This document shows positions 1-12,915 of a stretch of 64,000 bases of DNA, in pieces. The stretch lies in contig JBODTK010000129.1 in NCBI GenBank assembly GCA_050613775.1, positions 310,001 through 374,000 of the forward strand. Reading direction: 5' to 3'. Below the pieces are notes generated by a model, which was given only the letters and a program-made list of their open reading frames with translations, made no database searches and had not been told where the DNA came from. A program made the translations under genes and the position numbers. The stretch is from Neocallimastix sp. 'constans'. Taxonomy: Eukaryota. Within the stretch, counting starts at the first letter, position 1; each line of letters begins with the position of its first letter.

Positions 1-1235
1 GATCTCCACTCTTTGCTAACTTTACTGAAACCCTACAAGGATTGCCAACTATTCGTGCTTATAGTGAACAGGAACGTTTCACAAGACATAATCAAGATTT
101 AGTTGATGGAAATAACAGACCATTCTATTTACAATTTATTGCTCAAAGATGGTTAGGTGTAAGATTAGAATGTATAGGTTCTTTCTTAGTATTATTCGAT
201 GGTATTGCTGGATTATTCTTAAAGGATAGTCTTACTCCATCTCTTTTAGGTTTAAGTTTGTCATATGCTTTACAAGTTACCTCAAGTCTTAATGGTGTTA
301 TTCGTTCCTTAAATGAAGTAGAAATTAATATGAATTCAGCAGAACGTCTTTTATATTATGCTAATGAAATTGAAATGGAAGATCAAAAGGGTTTAGATGC
401 TCCAAAGGATTGGCCACAAAAGGGTAAAATTGAAATCAACAATTTAACCATGAAATATGCTCCACATCTTCCACCTGTTTTACATAACATTAACTTAAGT
501 ATTAATTCAAATGAAAAGGTTGGTGTTGTTGGTCGTACTGGTGCTGGTAAATCCAGTATTGTGATGACTCTCTTTAGATTAGTAGAACCAGAAGAAGGTT
601 CCTCCATTAAGATTGATGATGTTTCAATTTCTAGCTTAAAATTAAATGATTTACGTAAGAATATATCTATTATTCCACAAGATCCAATTCTTTTCTCTGG
701 AACTATTCGTTTCAATATGGATCCATTTGATGAACATACGGATCAAGAGATTTGGGAAGCTCTTGAGAATGCAGGATTAAAACAAACCATTAGTGAATTA
801 GAAAATAAATTAGAAGCAGAAGTTCGTGGTAATGGTGAAAACTTCAGTGTAGGTCAAAGACAATTATTATGTCTTGCTCGTGCCATGATTAGAAATAGTC
901 GTATTTTAGTGATGGATGAAGCTACAGCTTCAGTTGATATTGAAACGGATGCTATTATTCAAAAGGCATTAAGAACCAAATTTAATGAAGTGACCGTTCT
1001 TACGATTGCACATCGTTTGAATACTATTATTGATTATGATAAAATTTTAGTTTTAAGTAAAGGAGAAGTTTTAGAATATGATACACCCAAGAATTTACTT
1101 TTTGAAAGTAATGAAAATGGCGAAGTTGTTCCAAGTTCTAAAACAGAATTTTCTAAATTAGTTGATGAAACTGGACCAGTTAACGCTGCTTTATTACGTC
1201 AATTAGCATTAGATAAAGAAAATAGAATAAATTAA
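1..1235 (+). CDS. ABCC/MRP-type (YOR1/YCF1-like) ABC transporter, C-terminal part (end of TMD2 plus NBD2); 5' end lies outside the window
   Basis: Frame open from position 3 (SPLFANFTETLQGLPTIRAY...). Walker A GRTGAGKSS, degenerate signature NFSVGQRQ, Walker B ILVMDEATA, H-loop IAHRL; stop TAA 1233-1235. Paralogous to 12916-16974. Confidence 0.95.
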   Translation, partial: SPLFANFTETLQGLPTIRAYSEQERFTRHNQDLVDGNNRPFYLQFIAQRWLGVRLECIGSFLVLFDGIAGLFLKDSLTPSLLGLSLSYALQVTSSLNGVIRSLNEVEINMNSAERLLYYANEIEMEDQKGLDAPKDWPQKGKIEINNLTMKYAPHLPPVLHNINLSINSNEKVGVVGRTGAGKSSIVMTLFRLVEPEEGSSIKIDDVSISSLKLNDLRKNISIIPQDPILFSGTIRFNMDPFDEHTDQEIWEALENAGLKQTISELENKLEAEVRGNGENFSVGQRQLLCLARAMIRNSRILVMDEATASVDIETDAIIQKALRTKFNEVTVLTIAHRLNTIIDYDKILVLSKGEVLEYDTPKNLLFESNENGEVVPSSKTEFSKLVDETGPVNAALLRQLALDKENRIN

Positions 1236-2043
1236 TAATAGAAAAAATAAAAAAAAAACAAAAAAAACAAAAAAAAAACAAAAAACAAAATAAACAAAAC
1301 GAATAAAACAAAACAAAGCTAAAATCTATAAAGCTGTTTTTAATATAATTATTAAAAAAAAAAAAAAAAAAAAAAAAGATAATTAAAAGTATACAATCAA
1401 TATATATATATATTTTACATTAAATCAATTATTTATTTTTTTGTAATTTATCTTAATTTAAATTATTTAAATAGTTATTTATATTATAATAACAATAATA
1501 ACATATGTAAATTAATTTATTTAATCGATAATCGAAATCGATAATAATCATAATAATAATCATAATAATAATCATAATAATAATCATAATAATAATAATA
1601 ATAAAAAAAAAAAAAAAAAAAAAATAAATAAATAAATAAATTATTTTTTTAGTTATACTTATATTTTGTAATTTATAGATAGATTAAACAAAAAATCATA
1701 ATAAATCAAAAAAAAAAAATTATTTATCTATTATACATCTATTACTTAGGCTTATATTATTTAAGCTTAAAAATTTTTAGAAACATAAAATCTAATGTAA
1801 ATTAAATTAAATAAAATATAAAATTCACCATGAAAAAAAAAAAAAAAAAATTTTTTTTTTTTTTTAAATTAATGTGTAATTTTAAATGTTCAATTTTAAA
1901 GGTTATAATATAAAATATAATGAATTAAATAACTTTTTATAAGTATTAACTTTTGTCTTTGAAGCCTATAATGTATTTTTATTTTTATAATAATGTAAAA
2001 AAATTTTATGTATTTTTTTTTTTTTTTGACACTGACTTTGACT

Positions 2044-3730
2044 TCCAAAGCCAGTGTTAAAACTGATGATCAATATTCGGAATCTTTTAATGTTATGAAA
2101 GGAGTTAGACAAGGTTGTCTACTATCTTCAATCCAATCCTATTTCTCGAATTAGATGTGATTTTAAATTTGTCATTAGTATTTTCATTAAAAGAAAAATA
2201 GTCTCAGAAGATTGCCCTAAATGTTGCCCTTGTTGTGGTGTTAGTGTACCTAGCTTTTCTCACTGGATCTTTGCCTGTAAAGAATTGGAAAATTATAAAA
2301 ATCGACCAGACACACCTCTTTTTCAAAATAAAAGAGATCCTACTTTTTATCTTGCTGATCAACCAATCCCAATAACTAAATGTTATACCTATTTAGGTAT
2401 ACCATTTGATAAAAGCTTATCGTTGAACCCTATTATTAAATTACTTAACTCTAAAGTTACTAAAGCTCTCTTTTCTGTTAGTAAATTTCTTTCAAATTCC
2501 AAAATTCCTATTCCATTTAAGAAGATTATTATTAACTTATATGTACTTAGTAAATGGGTTGCAGGTTTACAAAAAGCCAAATCTTTTATTAATGTCCTCC
2601 ATTATTAGCTAAGTGTGCTTTGTCTCAAGTCAAATGTTTTGATAAATGGAAAGATTCAAATTGTATTATTTCCTATTTAGTTAATAATATTCCAAAATCT
2701 AGAAAATATACATGGACAAAAGAAAGTAGAACTCTTAAATGTAAACTAGAGAAAAGAGGTAATAACGATAATAAAATCAAGGATTTTTATTGGAAAAGAG
2801 ATATGAAAATCAATTCTATTAAAGCTGAGTTTTATGACAAAAACAGATTCGAAGAAACATCAAAATTTATAAAACTTTATGAATATCCTGATTTTTCATA
2901 TGGTTTCTATTGGCTATTGAGAGCACGAAGCGGATATAGATTAGATGCTGGAATTGCTAAAACTGCAAAAATAATAGATCAAATGTTTCCTAATTTTTGT
3001 CCCTGTTGTAAAAGTAATAAACAATGGATAAATCACTGGTTAATTGATTGTCCATTTTTCAATCATATTCGTAGTAAAGTTAATGATAAAATTTTATTTT
3101 TATATAATGCTTTTTACCATAGCAACCTAACAAATGATATTGTTAATAGTAATAATGATTACAGCAACAGTAATAATAGTAATAGTAATAATAGTAATAG
3201 TAATAATAATAATAGTAATAATAGTAATAGTAATAATAGTAATAGTAATAATAGTAATAGTAATAATAGTAATAGTAATAATAGTAATAGTAATAATAGT
3301 AATAGTAATAATAGTAATAGTAATAATAGTAATAGTAATAATAGTAATAGTAATAATAGTTTTAGTAATAATAGTTTTAGTAATATTAGTAATAGTATTG
3401 AAAATAATGTGTATGTTGATTCTAGTGTGTGTGAAAAAGTGTTTAATTTCCTTCTTGGAGGTTGAAGTATTAATAACAGTACAAGGGAATGGAAGGATCT
3501 ATTTAAGTGCCAGATGAAATCAGGTGCTTATTCTGATACTCCATTCTTGGTGGTTACTGCGGCACTTCTTCAATCGATTATACCTATTGCTATTGGCCAG
3601 CAATAGTCTTTGTTCAATAGGTTCAAATCGAATCGTACTACTACTACCAAGAGCGTCAATGCTGAAGAAACAGTTAAGACAGGCTAGCAGGGCTAGCGCA
3701 ACCAATGAAGATCATAATTTTGTATCTTAA
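2044..3730 (+). mobile_element. Decayed/mosaic non-LTR retrotransposon (LINE) ORF2 fragments: RT motifs, CCHC zinc knuckles, C-terminal end
   Basis: 2044-2130 translates SKASVKTDDQYSESFNVMKGVRQGCLLS (RT 'GVRQGCPLS' motif). ~2210-2285 gives CPKCCPCC...HWIFAC (zinc knuckle). 2285-2608 has YTYLGIPF (late RT motif). 2620-3465 has CPCC...HWLIDC and ends FLLGG. Stops and frameshifts throughout. Confidence 0.85.
3166..3398 (+). repeat. 15-bp tandem repeat (AATAGTAATAATAGT)n, encoding (NSNNS)n inside the LINE ORF
   Basis: Directly visible; in frame within ORF 2620-3465. Confidence 0.9.
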
Positions 3731-3974
3731 AATTATGATTAACATTGCGAAGTCAAAATTAATTATTATACTTCAGTATAATAATGCCCTTGTGAAATAT
3801 TACAGATATTAATTAAATGAAACAAGAATATATTATACCTTATTTTATTTTATTTTATGTTTTATTTTTTATTTATTTTTTATCTTTTTTTTTTCTTTTT
3901 ATTTCTTGTATTTTATCATATATTTAATTAATAAAGATGTAACAAGTTTGCTGCCGTTAAAAAAAAAAAAAAAA

Positions 3975-4400
3975 AGATCTCATTTTGAAGTTTGCAATGA
4001 TAATTGAACAAAAATCCTTGGATGTTGCTTTAGATTCAGAAAAGGACTATGATAATAATATTTATTATTTTATATTGAGTCCTCTTCTTGGCGGGCGTTC
4101 AATGTATGAAAAAATTAAAGTTAATGATGGGGAATAAAGACAATTAGTTGACAATATTTTTAAACATAGTTCAATTTCGTCTCCTCTTCCGTATTTTGTG
4201 GGGATTGCGGAAGTTTCTAACAAAACGTAATACCATTAATTTATCGATCGTTTAGATTGATGATGAAATGGTATTCCGTTGAATCTATTGAATCTACCGT
4301 TGCTAAGAGCGTCGACGTCGAAATGATCTGATACAGATTCGTTTGATAAAACTAATATTGAAATTATTACTCGCAATAATGGATGTAGTGTTCGATGAAT
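3975..4400 (+). mobile_element. LINE 3'-end remnant
   Basis: CTTCTTGGCGGG (LLGG) at ~4085, CCGTATTTTGTGGGGATTGCGGAA (PYFVGIAE) at ~4189, and CTAAGAGCGTCGACGTCGAA at 4303, matching the 3' end of the 2044-3730 element. Confidence 0.6.
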
Positions 4401-4539
4401 GGGAAAAGTTAGAAAACTATTACTTTTAACGCACTTTTTTAATTATTATAATATTATATATTTCATTTCATATATTTTATTTTATTTTATTTTTATTTTT
4501 CATTTAAATCATGTAATTTTATTATTATTAAAAACTAAA

Positions 4540-4850
4540 AAATAACGAAGTTTATAATATTAATAATAACATCAATAGAAATAATATTGTTAATAATAGT
4601 AGAATTAGTGATAGAGGAAAAAGGAATATTAATACTAGTGATAGTGAAAATAAGAATATTAATATTAGTGATAGCGAAAATAATTGTATCATTACTAATA
4701 ATCCAGTGAATAGTTCAATTGATAATAATCGTATTAATATTAATAATTTTCTGAATAATGAGTGTATAAATATATATGTGACGTGGTACTCATTATATGA
4801 CTTCCTTCTTGGTGGAAGAGAGGAATGTCAATGCTGAAAATCCCAATGAT
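4540..4850 (+). mobile_element. LINE 3'-end remnant (Asn-rich tract plus FLLGG)
   Basis: Asn-rich coding-like tract followed by TTCCTTCTTGGTGGAAGA (FLLGGR) at ~4802 and GTCAATGCTGAA, shared with 3655. Confidence 0.5.
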
Positions 4851-5169
4851 ATGGACTGTTTTCTATATCCATGGTGGGTTGATTGATGAAAAAGAAATAA
4901 TAGCCTTATATCAGGTGTACTAATTATTTCTGTGATTCTGATGATAATCGATGGTTATCCCTTCTTAAGTGGCTTCTTGTATGAAGAGAGAAAATATGGA
5001 ATATTGAAATACTACAGAAAGTGAACCTATGCTTTATATTATTTTAAACTGGATATGTAGTAACATTGAAGTTGTATAATTAATAAATTCATGTAGTTTC
5101 AGCGTATTATCATTGTAATGAATTTATTATAATTTTTTACTTTAACATTATTTTGTATATGTATTTTTA

Positions 5170-5660
5170 TATAGTATTATTTAAACACTCATGTAACTAT
5201 TGTAAAATGGAAATGTAGGAGATTGATTCACTCCAAAGCTTGGATTTAAGACATTATTTAACTGATGGGAATCTTTTTATAGTCTTTCCTTACTTATTCT
5301 AATATTTTAGAATATGAAAATATCATATATTTATACATTCCTTCTTGGTGGAGTTTTAGCTTTAGATGAGCTACAATTCGATCCTGGGGAACAGGGACAT
5401 ATAAGTGAACAACTCCTACAAAGTTCACAGGAATCTGCTGTTCCGTATATTGTGGAGCTTGCAGAATATAGAATATCTTGCTAATACAATTTCAATCATC
5501 AGTAGCTCTCATAAGTTAAGTTTTTGAGAGGTTTAGCAAAACCGCTTTCATTACCAAGAGTGCCGACGTCGTACCGATATGACAAAGGAATAGTGCAATT
5601 AGAATTCCTGTTAATTCTCATCAATACACATTTACTAACAGCGCAGTCCCAAACACAGAA
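5170..5660 (+). mobile_element. LINE 3'-end remnant
   Basis: TTCCTTCTTGGTGGA at ~5338, GTTCCGTATATTGTGGAGCTTGCAGAA (VPYIVELAE) at ~5441, CCAAGAGTGCCGACGTCG at 5554. Confidence 0.6.
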
Positions 5661-6365
5661 CCTATAATAAGTAATTCAATTTCTGATGATTTTTCTTGTG
5701 GTTCAGGGGAGAGTTTAGTGGATACCACACTATCTATTTCAAAGATGTTACTTCTTTGTTTTATTATTTTAGATCTAATTAGTGATCATGTTACTACACA
5801 TAGTATATATCACACCGATTTTTTTTTTTTTTACTTTTGAACTTATTTTTGTTCTTTATTATATTAAATCTTTTTTATGATTAATTAAAAAAATTTTTTT
5901 TCTAATTTACTTAATCTTTTACATTCATTTTTTTTTATCTTTAAATTATAAAATGAATTTTTTTAAAAAACGTAATACATAAAATTATTTTAATCTATTT
6001 AATAAAGCACATGAATTGTAATCTCTTCCTAGTCTAAAAAAAAATCACTCCAAGGATTGTATTTAAGACTTTATATAATGGATGTGAATCTTTTTTTTAT
6101 AGTTTTTTACAACAAACATTTTTTATTTACCTTTTTAATTTAGTTTATATATGATTACTTTTCAGAAAATTATTATATTAATTAAAGCTTTATTAATCGA
6201 ATATAAAATCAAAAACTCAAAAGATAACTAAAAAAAAAGAAAAAAGAAATTATTCATTAAAACAAAATTCAAAAGTTATTTATTTTACTTAAATATTTTA
6301 TCATTTTTTAGTATTTTTATTTATATTAGTTTCAATTTTTATCAATTTGTAATTAATAGTTCATT

Positions 6366-8700
6366 ATGGAAAAGATATTTCACCGGGGTTCTTGCAGTTA
6401 TGGAATATCTATTGACAACACATGGTTGATTTTTATCCGTGGTATACACTCATGGACTAATGCTAAAATGAAGGAATTCATTCATTCTAAATGCAAAAAA
6501 TTAAAGGATAATATTTTGTTAGTAAAAAGAATTACTAAATTCAATGATAGCTTCTTCAGGATAAAAATATACACTCCAAATTTCAACCACGAAAAATTTG
6601 AAAAAGTTTTTGAATAAGCAATATCAGGAGTTAAAATTTCATATTGAAGATGTTCCAAATGGAATTGTAAGGTTTCTTTTCATAATTTAAAACAAAAATT
6701 AAATATTAAATAATACATCCAATAATAATACTAACTCAGTAAACCTTAGTTCAACTAAATTAGTAAATGTTATAAATGGTAATAATGAATTCAATGCTCC
6801 CAGTATTCCTAATATTAATTCTCAAAATACAATTTCATATTCTAGCACAGGAATTTTTTTCTTGTTTTGGTTGGAATACCAATGGATGGAATTTTATAAA
6901 AAGAGATAGTATTAAGTAACTTCAACACAATTTTTATACCATTATTCCTATATTTTCAGGAAACAGATAATGGTACAAATGATGCTAGAAATCCATGTAA
7001 AGTAACATTTCCCAACTATAAATATTTCCAGAAAAGAATGGATCCTACTACTCCAGGTTGCAGAGGTTTATATCTTGGGTATCATGTCTCATGTCAAGTA
7101 ATACTTGAAGATAATTCCTATACTTATCTTGTTTCTTTAACAACATATAGTCTATGGAATCATTCTAAGTGTTCTGTTGGTAATATTCTATATTCCCACT
7201 AAGAAACACTCATCACAAATCCGATATGCATTTTCAGAAGTTTTCACATGACTTCAGAATCATACTAATCATCCATCTATCCTTCTTAGAGGCTTTAACA
7301 TGAGCACCTTTGATTTACAAGATAAATTATCCAATAGTAACCTTGATAACTGGTTTATTCTTCCGTTTAATGGTTCACCTATTTCATGGAGTAGAGGTAG
7401 ATATTCATCAGATATTGATCATGTGTTAGTCAATTCAAGTATGCTGGATAAAATATCAAGTGCTTATTTTGTTGATTAGCTTTCTGTATCTGATCATAAA
7501 TCTCTCGTAGTTAATTGCAAGAAAACTACCACAGATGAATCATTTTTGTTACCAAAAAAATTTGTTAGGTGGGATAGGCATAAATGTCTTGAACTTAAGA
7601 AAGAAATATGTCATCACAATAAAAATATAAGATTCTTAGTGAAAAATTAGGAAATAAAGAACTTTCAATAGATTGTATAATTGAAAAGTTCATTAACACT
7701 ACTAATTCTATTGCTAAATTATCGATTACATCTTCAACAGAAGTCAGAAATGTGATGTTTAGAATGTCTCACAAAATTTATTGGCTTCAAAAGGTTAAAC
7801 ATATAAAATATAAGCAAATTAAGGGTTTTAAATCTGCAAGTGATTCCAATGAATTTACTAAAATTGTTGACTCTCATAATAGACAATGTGAATCAATTCA
7901 TAAAAAATGTAACGAATTTAAGAAAGGAATATTTATATTGGATTAAAATTGGATGTTCGTTAGCTCTTAAAAAGGATAGTAGGAAAGCATGGAAATGGGT
8001 TAAAAAGAATGTAAAAATAAATAATAAATAATCAACCTTTCACGGTCTCTCATAATATTAAAAATTATAATAATGAACTTGTTTCTTCTACAGATGAAAA
8101 ATTAAAAGTTTGGCATTCTCATTATAAATTCTTAGGGTCGGATTCTTCAGATCATAGTCTTTCTAAAGATTACTGGAAAGATTCTGATACACTAAGGAAT
8201 TTGGGAAGACCAAGGCAACAAGAATGGGAAAATAAAAAGGTATTAGCGATGAAGAAATTAGCGAAGCAATTTCATCTACTCCTAACTTTAAAGCTTGTGG
8301 TCTTGATGGTATTCCAATGGAATTCTTTAAAGCTTTGATTCCTTATAAATATGATTCAGAAGAATCAAGTGATAATAATAGTAATATTTCATCTAGCTTT
8401 AAATGTCTTAAAGCCTTAATCAATCGTATTTGGAATGGTGATTTCCCAAAATCATGGAATAACGCATCAATAGCTTCTATTCATAAAAAAGGCTATCCAT
8501 CAGGTTGTAATGAGATCTGCGGCTCTCTTTACAGAAATTATGCCTCGGGCTAGTACTCGGCAAAGGTTACTATTCCGAAAATATAGGAGCAAAATAACCA
8601 GGAGCGTCAACGTTGAAAATGCTGTCAGATAGACTAGCAAGGCCAATGCCTTTGAAGGAGAAGACCATAATTTCTTTCAGATAGTAAATTCAAACCTTAA
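6366..8700 (+). mobile_element. Decayed APE-type LINE: 5' region, endonuclease, linker and start of RT, then a large internal deletion joining the 3' end
   Basis: WNTNGWN (~6872), FQET (~6955), SDIDHVLVN (~7408) and SDHKSL (~7489) are apurinic endonuclease motifs. KACGLDGIPMEFFKAL and FPKSWNNASIASIHKKG mark the RT start. 3' motif CCAGGAGCGTCAACGTTGAA...GACTAGCAAGGCC...GACCATAATTT (8598-8673) matches 3647-3721. Confidence 0.85.
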
Positions 8701-8944
8701 TCCATAAGGAGTTGAGGTTCGTTGCATATGAAATTTGTTCTGAATTAATTTATACACTTATTTTTGATTATTACTTTTTATTTTATGTTACTATTTCAAT
8801 TATTATTATATTCAAATTGGACAAATAATATTTATTTATTTTATTAATTCAGTGTTTTTTAATTTTTTATTAAAATTAAAAGTATTCATGTATTTTATAA
8901 AAGAATAAATAAATAAAGATTAAAGTACCCAATAATTACGGCTA

Positions 8945-9011
<67 letters not shown>

Positions 9012-9349
9012 AGATTAAAGTTCCCAAAAATTAAGGCTATATATAAAAAAATAAAAAAAAAAAATATTAAAATATTTTATTTTTCAATCAAGAAAATCAA
9101 TTTCGAGTCCGTATGACAAAAAAAGAACTTCTTTTATTTATTTTTTAAAATATTTATTGAATCCAAATGAAAACTATCATTCTTTCTTACTAAGGTAGGA
9201 AGTGCACAGCCTGCCAGGAGAATTTAGTAGACACCAAATAATTTGTTGTACAAATATTATTAGTTTTATTTATTCAAGTATCATTAACAGAAATGAATTT
9301 ATTATTCTACATTAAATATTTAAAATATTTAAAATATTTTAAATATTTT

Positions 9350-9387
<38 letters not shown>

Positions 9388-10152
9388 ATATTTTATTATA
9401 CATTTTTTCATTTATTTTGTTAAGTTTATATTATTATTTAATTTTTTTTAATTATATTTCATTGTACCAATTTTTTTTTTGTACATAAAATTTATATTAT
9501 TATACTATTATTTGATAAATAAATAATAAATAAGGTTAGGTAGTAAATCTCTAAATTTATATGAACTTTTCATATTTATCATTATTAAATTATTAAAAAC
9601 AACTATACGAATATAAATTCTGATTCTGTGGAATTTAAATTTTAATAAAAATTATACTTCCTATACTGGAAAAGAAGAAATTTAAAAAATATTATATTAA
9701 ATTTTAAATTTAGTTTAATCGAAACTATATATATACTAACTTTTATTAGCACTCTTGAGATACTTTTCAAATGATATAGTTTTTTTTTTTTTTTTTTGAT
9801 TGACTATATATCTTAATTTAAAGTGTAGTTTTTATAAATTATTTTTAAAATAATAAAATTAATCTAATAATAAAATGCTAAATCATATTTATTATTCTTT
9901 CCTTTGTTTATTTCTAAATCAAATATTTAAATTTAAATGTTCATTATCATTTACTAATATTTATTTTTTAATTAAAATTATATAATTTATTAGTATATAT
10001 TATATTTTAAACATTAAATATTTACTGTATAATATGGATAAGTTGATTTAAAACATTGAATTCATTAATAGATTAATAGGTATAATAGGCAATGAATAAA
10101 TGATGATTTTTAATTAATACTATATAAACAAACAAACAAACAAACAAACAAA

Positions 10153-10187
<35 letters not shown>

Positions 10188-10204
10188 ACAAACAAACAAA
10201 CAAA

Positions 10205-10279
<75 letters not shown>

Positions 10280-10335
10280 ATATAAAGCTATATTTAACAG
10301 CTAAAGTTTAATAAAATATTAAATTATATTAAATA

Positions 10336-10726
10336 TGTTGTAAATACAAATAAAATATAAATTAATATGTATATATAAAAGCCACAATTCATTATAAAAC
10401 ACTTTAAATCTTTGTTAACCATTTATTTATATTGTATTAATAATAAATTTATATTAATTAATAAATAATCTTTTATAAATTAAGAGTCTCATTCGAAAAA
10501 TGACTGTTAGCGCTGAATGTTTCGTTTACAAGGATTCAAATTTCAAAATGTGGAAAAAGTTACTAATATTTTGAAAGCAATAGACCTCTCGTATTATGTT
10601 ACTCTCAATATCTATAATGAAGCGGACAAAGATGATGAAGACTTTGAGGAGGTACAAATTAAATATAAATATTATAAATTTATATCAAGCCATATATTAG
10701 TACATGTAATTTTATCTAAACTTTAA
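10336..10726 (+). mobile_element. Degenerate Ty1/copia 5' end: LTR remnant, tRNA-Lys PBS and frameshifted gag N-terminus
   Basis: TGTT start at 10336 and AAGCCACA shared with the LTR at 18453. ATTAAGAGTCTCATT at 10479-10493. ATG at 10500 gives MTVSAECFVYKDSNFKMWKK and, after a frameshift, VTNILKAIDLSYYVT, resembling the copia gag N-terminal 'sN(Y/F)..WK......L.a.dL' pattern. Confidence 0.65.
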
Positions 10727-11009
10727 ATCATTTTTAACATTTTATTTATATCCTATAAAAATAATTTTATATTAAGCAATCTTTCATATAAATAAATAAA
10801 TAAATTAATTAATAAATAAATAATAATAAATAAATATATTAATGAATGAATGAATAAATAAATCATAATAAATAGTAATAAATAAATATATTTAATAAAA
10901 ATATATATTAATTAATGAATAAATAAATAAATCATAATAAATAAATAGATTATATTAATGGATAAATAACAGAATTAATAGATCTATATAACAAATGATA
11001 TATAAGTAG

Positions 11010-11160
11010 ATAAATAAATTAATAAATATTAAAATATACAGATATTAAATAAATAATAAATAAATTAATAAATATTAAAATATACAGATATTAAATAAAT
11101 AATAAATAAATTAATAGATATTAAAATATACAGATATTAAATAAATAATAAATAAATTAT
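11010..11160 (+). repeat. ~44-bp AT-rich tandem repeat containing ATTAAAATATACAGATATTAAATAAATAATAAATAAATT, about 3 copies
   Basis: Directly visible. Confidence 0.7.
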
Positions 11161-11966
11161 TATTTATTATTCAATAATGAATATATAAATAAATAATAAA
11201 TTATTAATATTTATTATTAAATAATAGATATTAAAATAGTTAAATATATTCATTATATAATAATATTAATATTAAATATATTATACTCTTATTATGATCC
11301 TAAATCTTAATAATTATAAAATTTAAAACAGTATTAATTAAATTATTACAAAATATATTGAATTGGAAAAAGTTTTGTTACACAATATGAAGTGTCATTG
11401 CCACTCTCTACAATTGATTACATAAAATTATAAAAAAATTTTTTTTTTTTTTAAAATTTTCAATATGGAAAAATTAATGTCAATCTTTTCATTTCATATA
11501 AATTATTCTTAATTTTTATACGTACATATATTATGATATTATGATATTTTTTATAATGAAAATGATAATAATTTATTTATAATTAAAAAGTTTATAATTA
11601 TTACTAATCTTTTAAATCATTTTATATTATGTCTTCAACTACGTAATTCAATTCAAGCCTTTTTTTTTTTAATATAGTATTTTTATATAGTATTTTATAT
11701 TTTTGTTAGTTTCTATTACTTTTTTGTTTGATTCTATTATTATATAAATATAAACAATAAGTAAAATACATATACATATTTCAATTAACTGTTTACTTTT
11801 TATTTTCATATTACTTAGGAAAGATACTATTTATGTAAAAAAAGTTTTATTTTAAAATAAAATATGAAATTGTAAATATTCATTTGCCAATATATTATTA
11901 TTATTATATACTGAATAGTAAAAATCAATATTATGATAATCCAATTGTTTATGCATGAATAACTAA

Positions 11967-12019
<53 letters not shown>

Positions 12020-12373
12020 CTAAATCATAATAAAAATTATTTGATAAGTAATCTTTAAAAAATCAATTTAATTGGAAAATATTTACAGTATAAATGTAAT
12101 AAAAAATTATAATTCTTGATTTTAATTTAAATGAATAAGAAATAATATATTATATCGTATATTATAATATATTTTTATGTAAATGATTGTGCTTTGTCAA
12201 TGTAATATATTAAATCCATAATTTGACAAAATATTCCGCTTTTAATAACTCAATTAATTAGTTATTTATTATACTATTGACTCTATATGTATTATATGTT
12301 TTATATATAATTATGTTATTATGTTCTTAAATTAATAATAAATAAAGTTTACTAATTATAATTAATGTATATA

Positions 12374-12421
<48 letters not shown>

Positions 12422-12425
12422 CTAA

Positions 12426-12459
<34 letters not shown>

Positions 12460-12915
12460 ACATAAATCAAAAAAAAATAAAAAAAAAAAGGATTTATAGG
12501 ATTTTATAAACGGTTTTTAAGAGGGGAGAATATATTTTAATATATATTAATATCAAATTTTGAAATTTATATAATTTATTTGTAAATGTGTATATTTTAT
12601 ATTATTTAAATTTGAATATTAATATCTATTAGAGTAATAATTTTTATTTAACAATTTACATTAATTTATTATTATCATTTTTTTTTTTTTTCAACGGCAA
12701 TTTGTAAATTATAATATTTTTAATTTAATAACTCGTATTACAAATAAGATTTAAGAAAATTATTTCAAAATTAATTACTAAATAAAGATTGAAATTTTCA
12801 AAGTAAATTAAATAAATATTGCTATAAAGTTACGATTTTTAAAATTTAATTTATTATTTATTCTATTTTTTTTTTTCCTCAAAAAAAAAAAAAAAAAAAT
12901 TATCAAGTTTTCATA

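Noticed and set aside
383..715. Antisense or alternate-frame ORFs over the ABC and transcription-factor genes (also 14037, 14504, 16104, 30499, 30816, 31614, 32366)
   Set aside because: Shadows of real coding frames.
2037..3757. TTTGACTTC...GAAGTCAAA inverted repeat around the LINE fragment read as DNA-transposon TIRs
   Set aside because: Only a 9-bp perfect match, it overlaps RT-coding sequence, and no TSD is evident; chance cannot be excluded.
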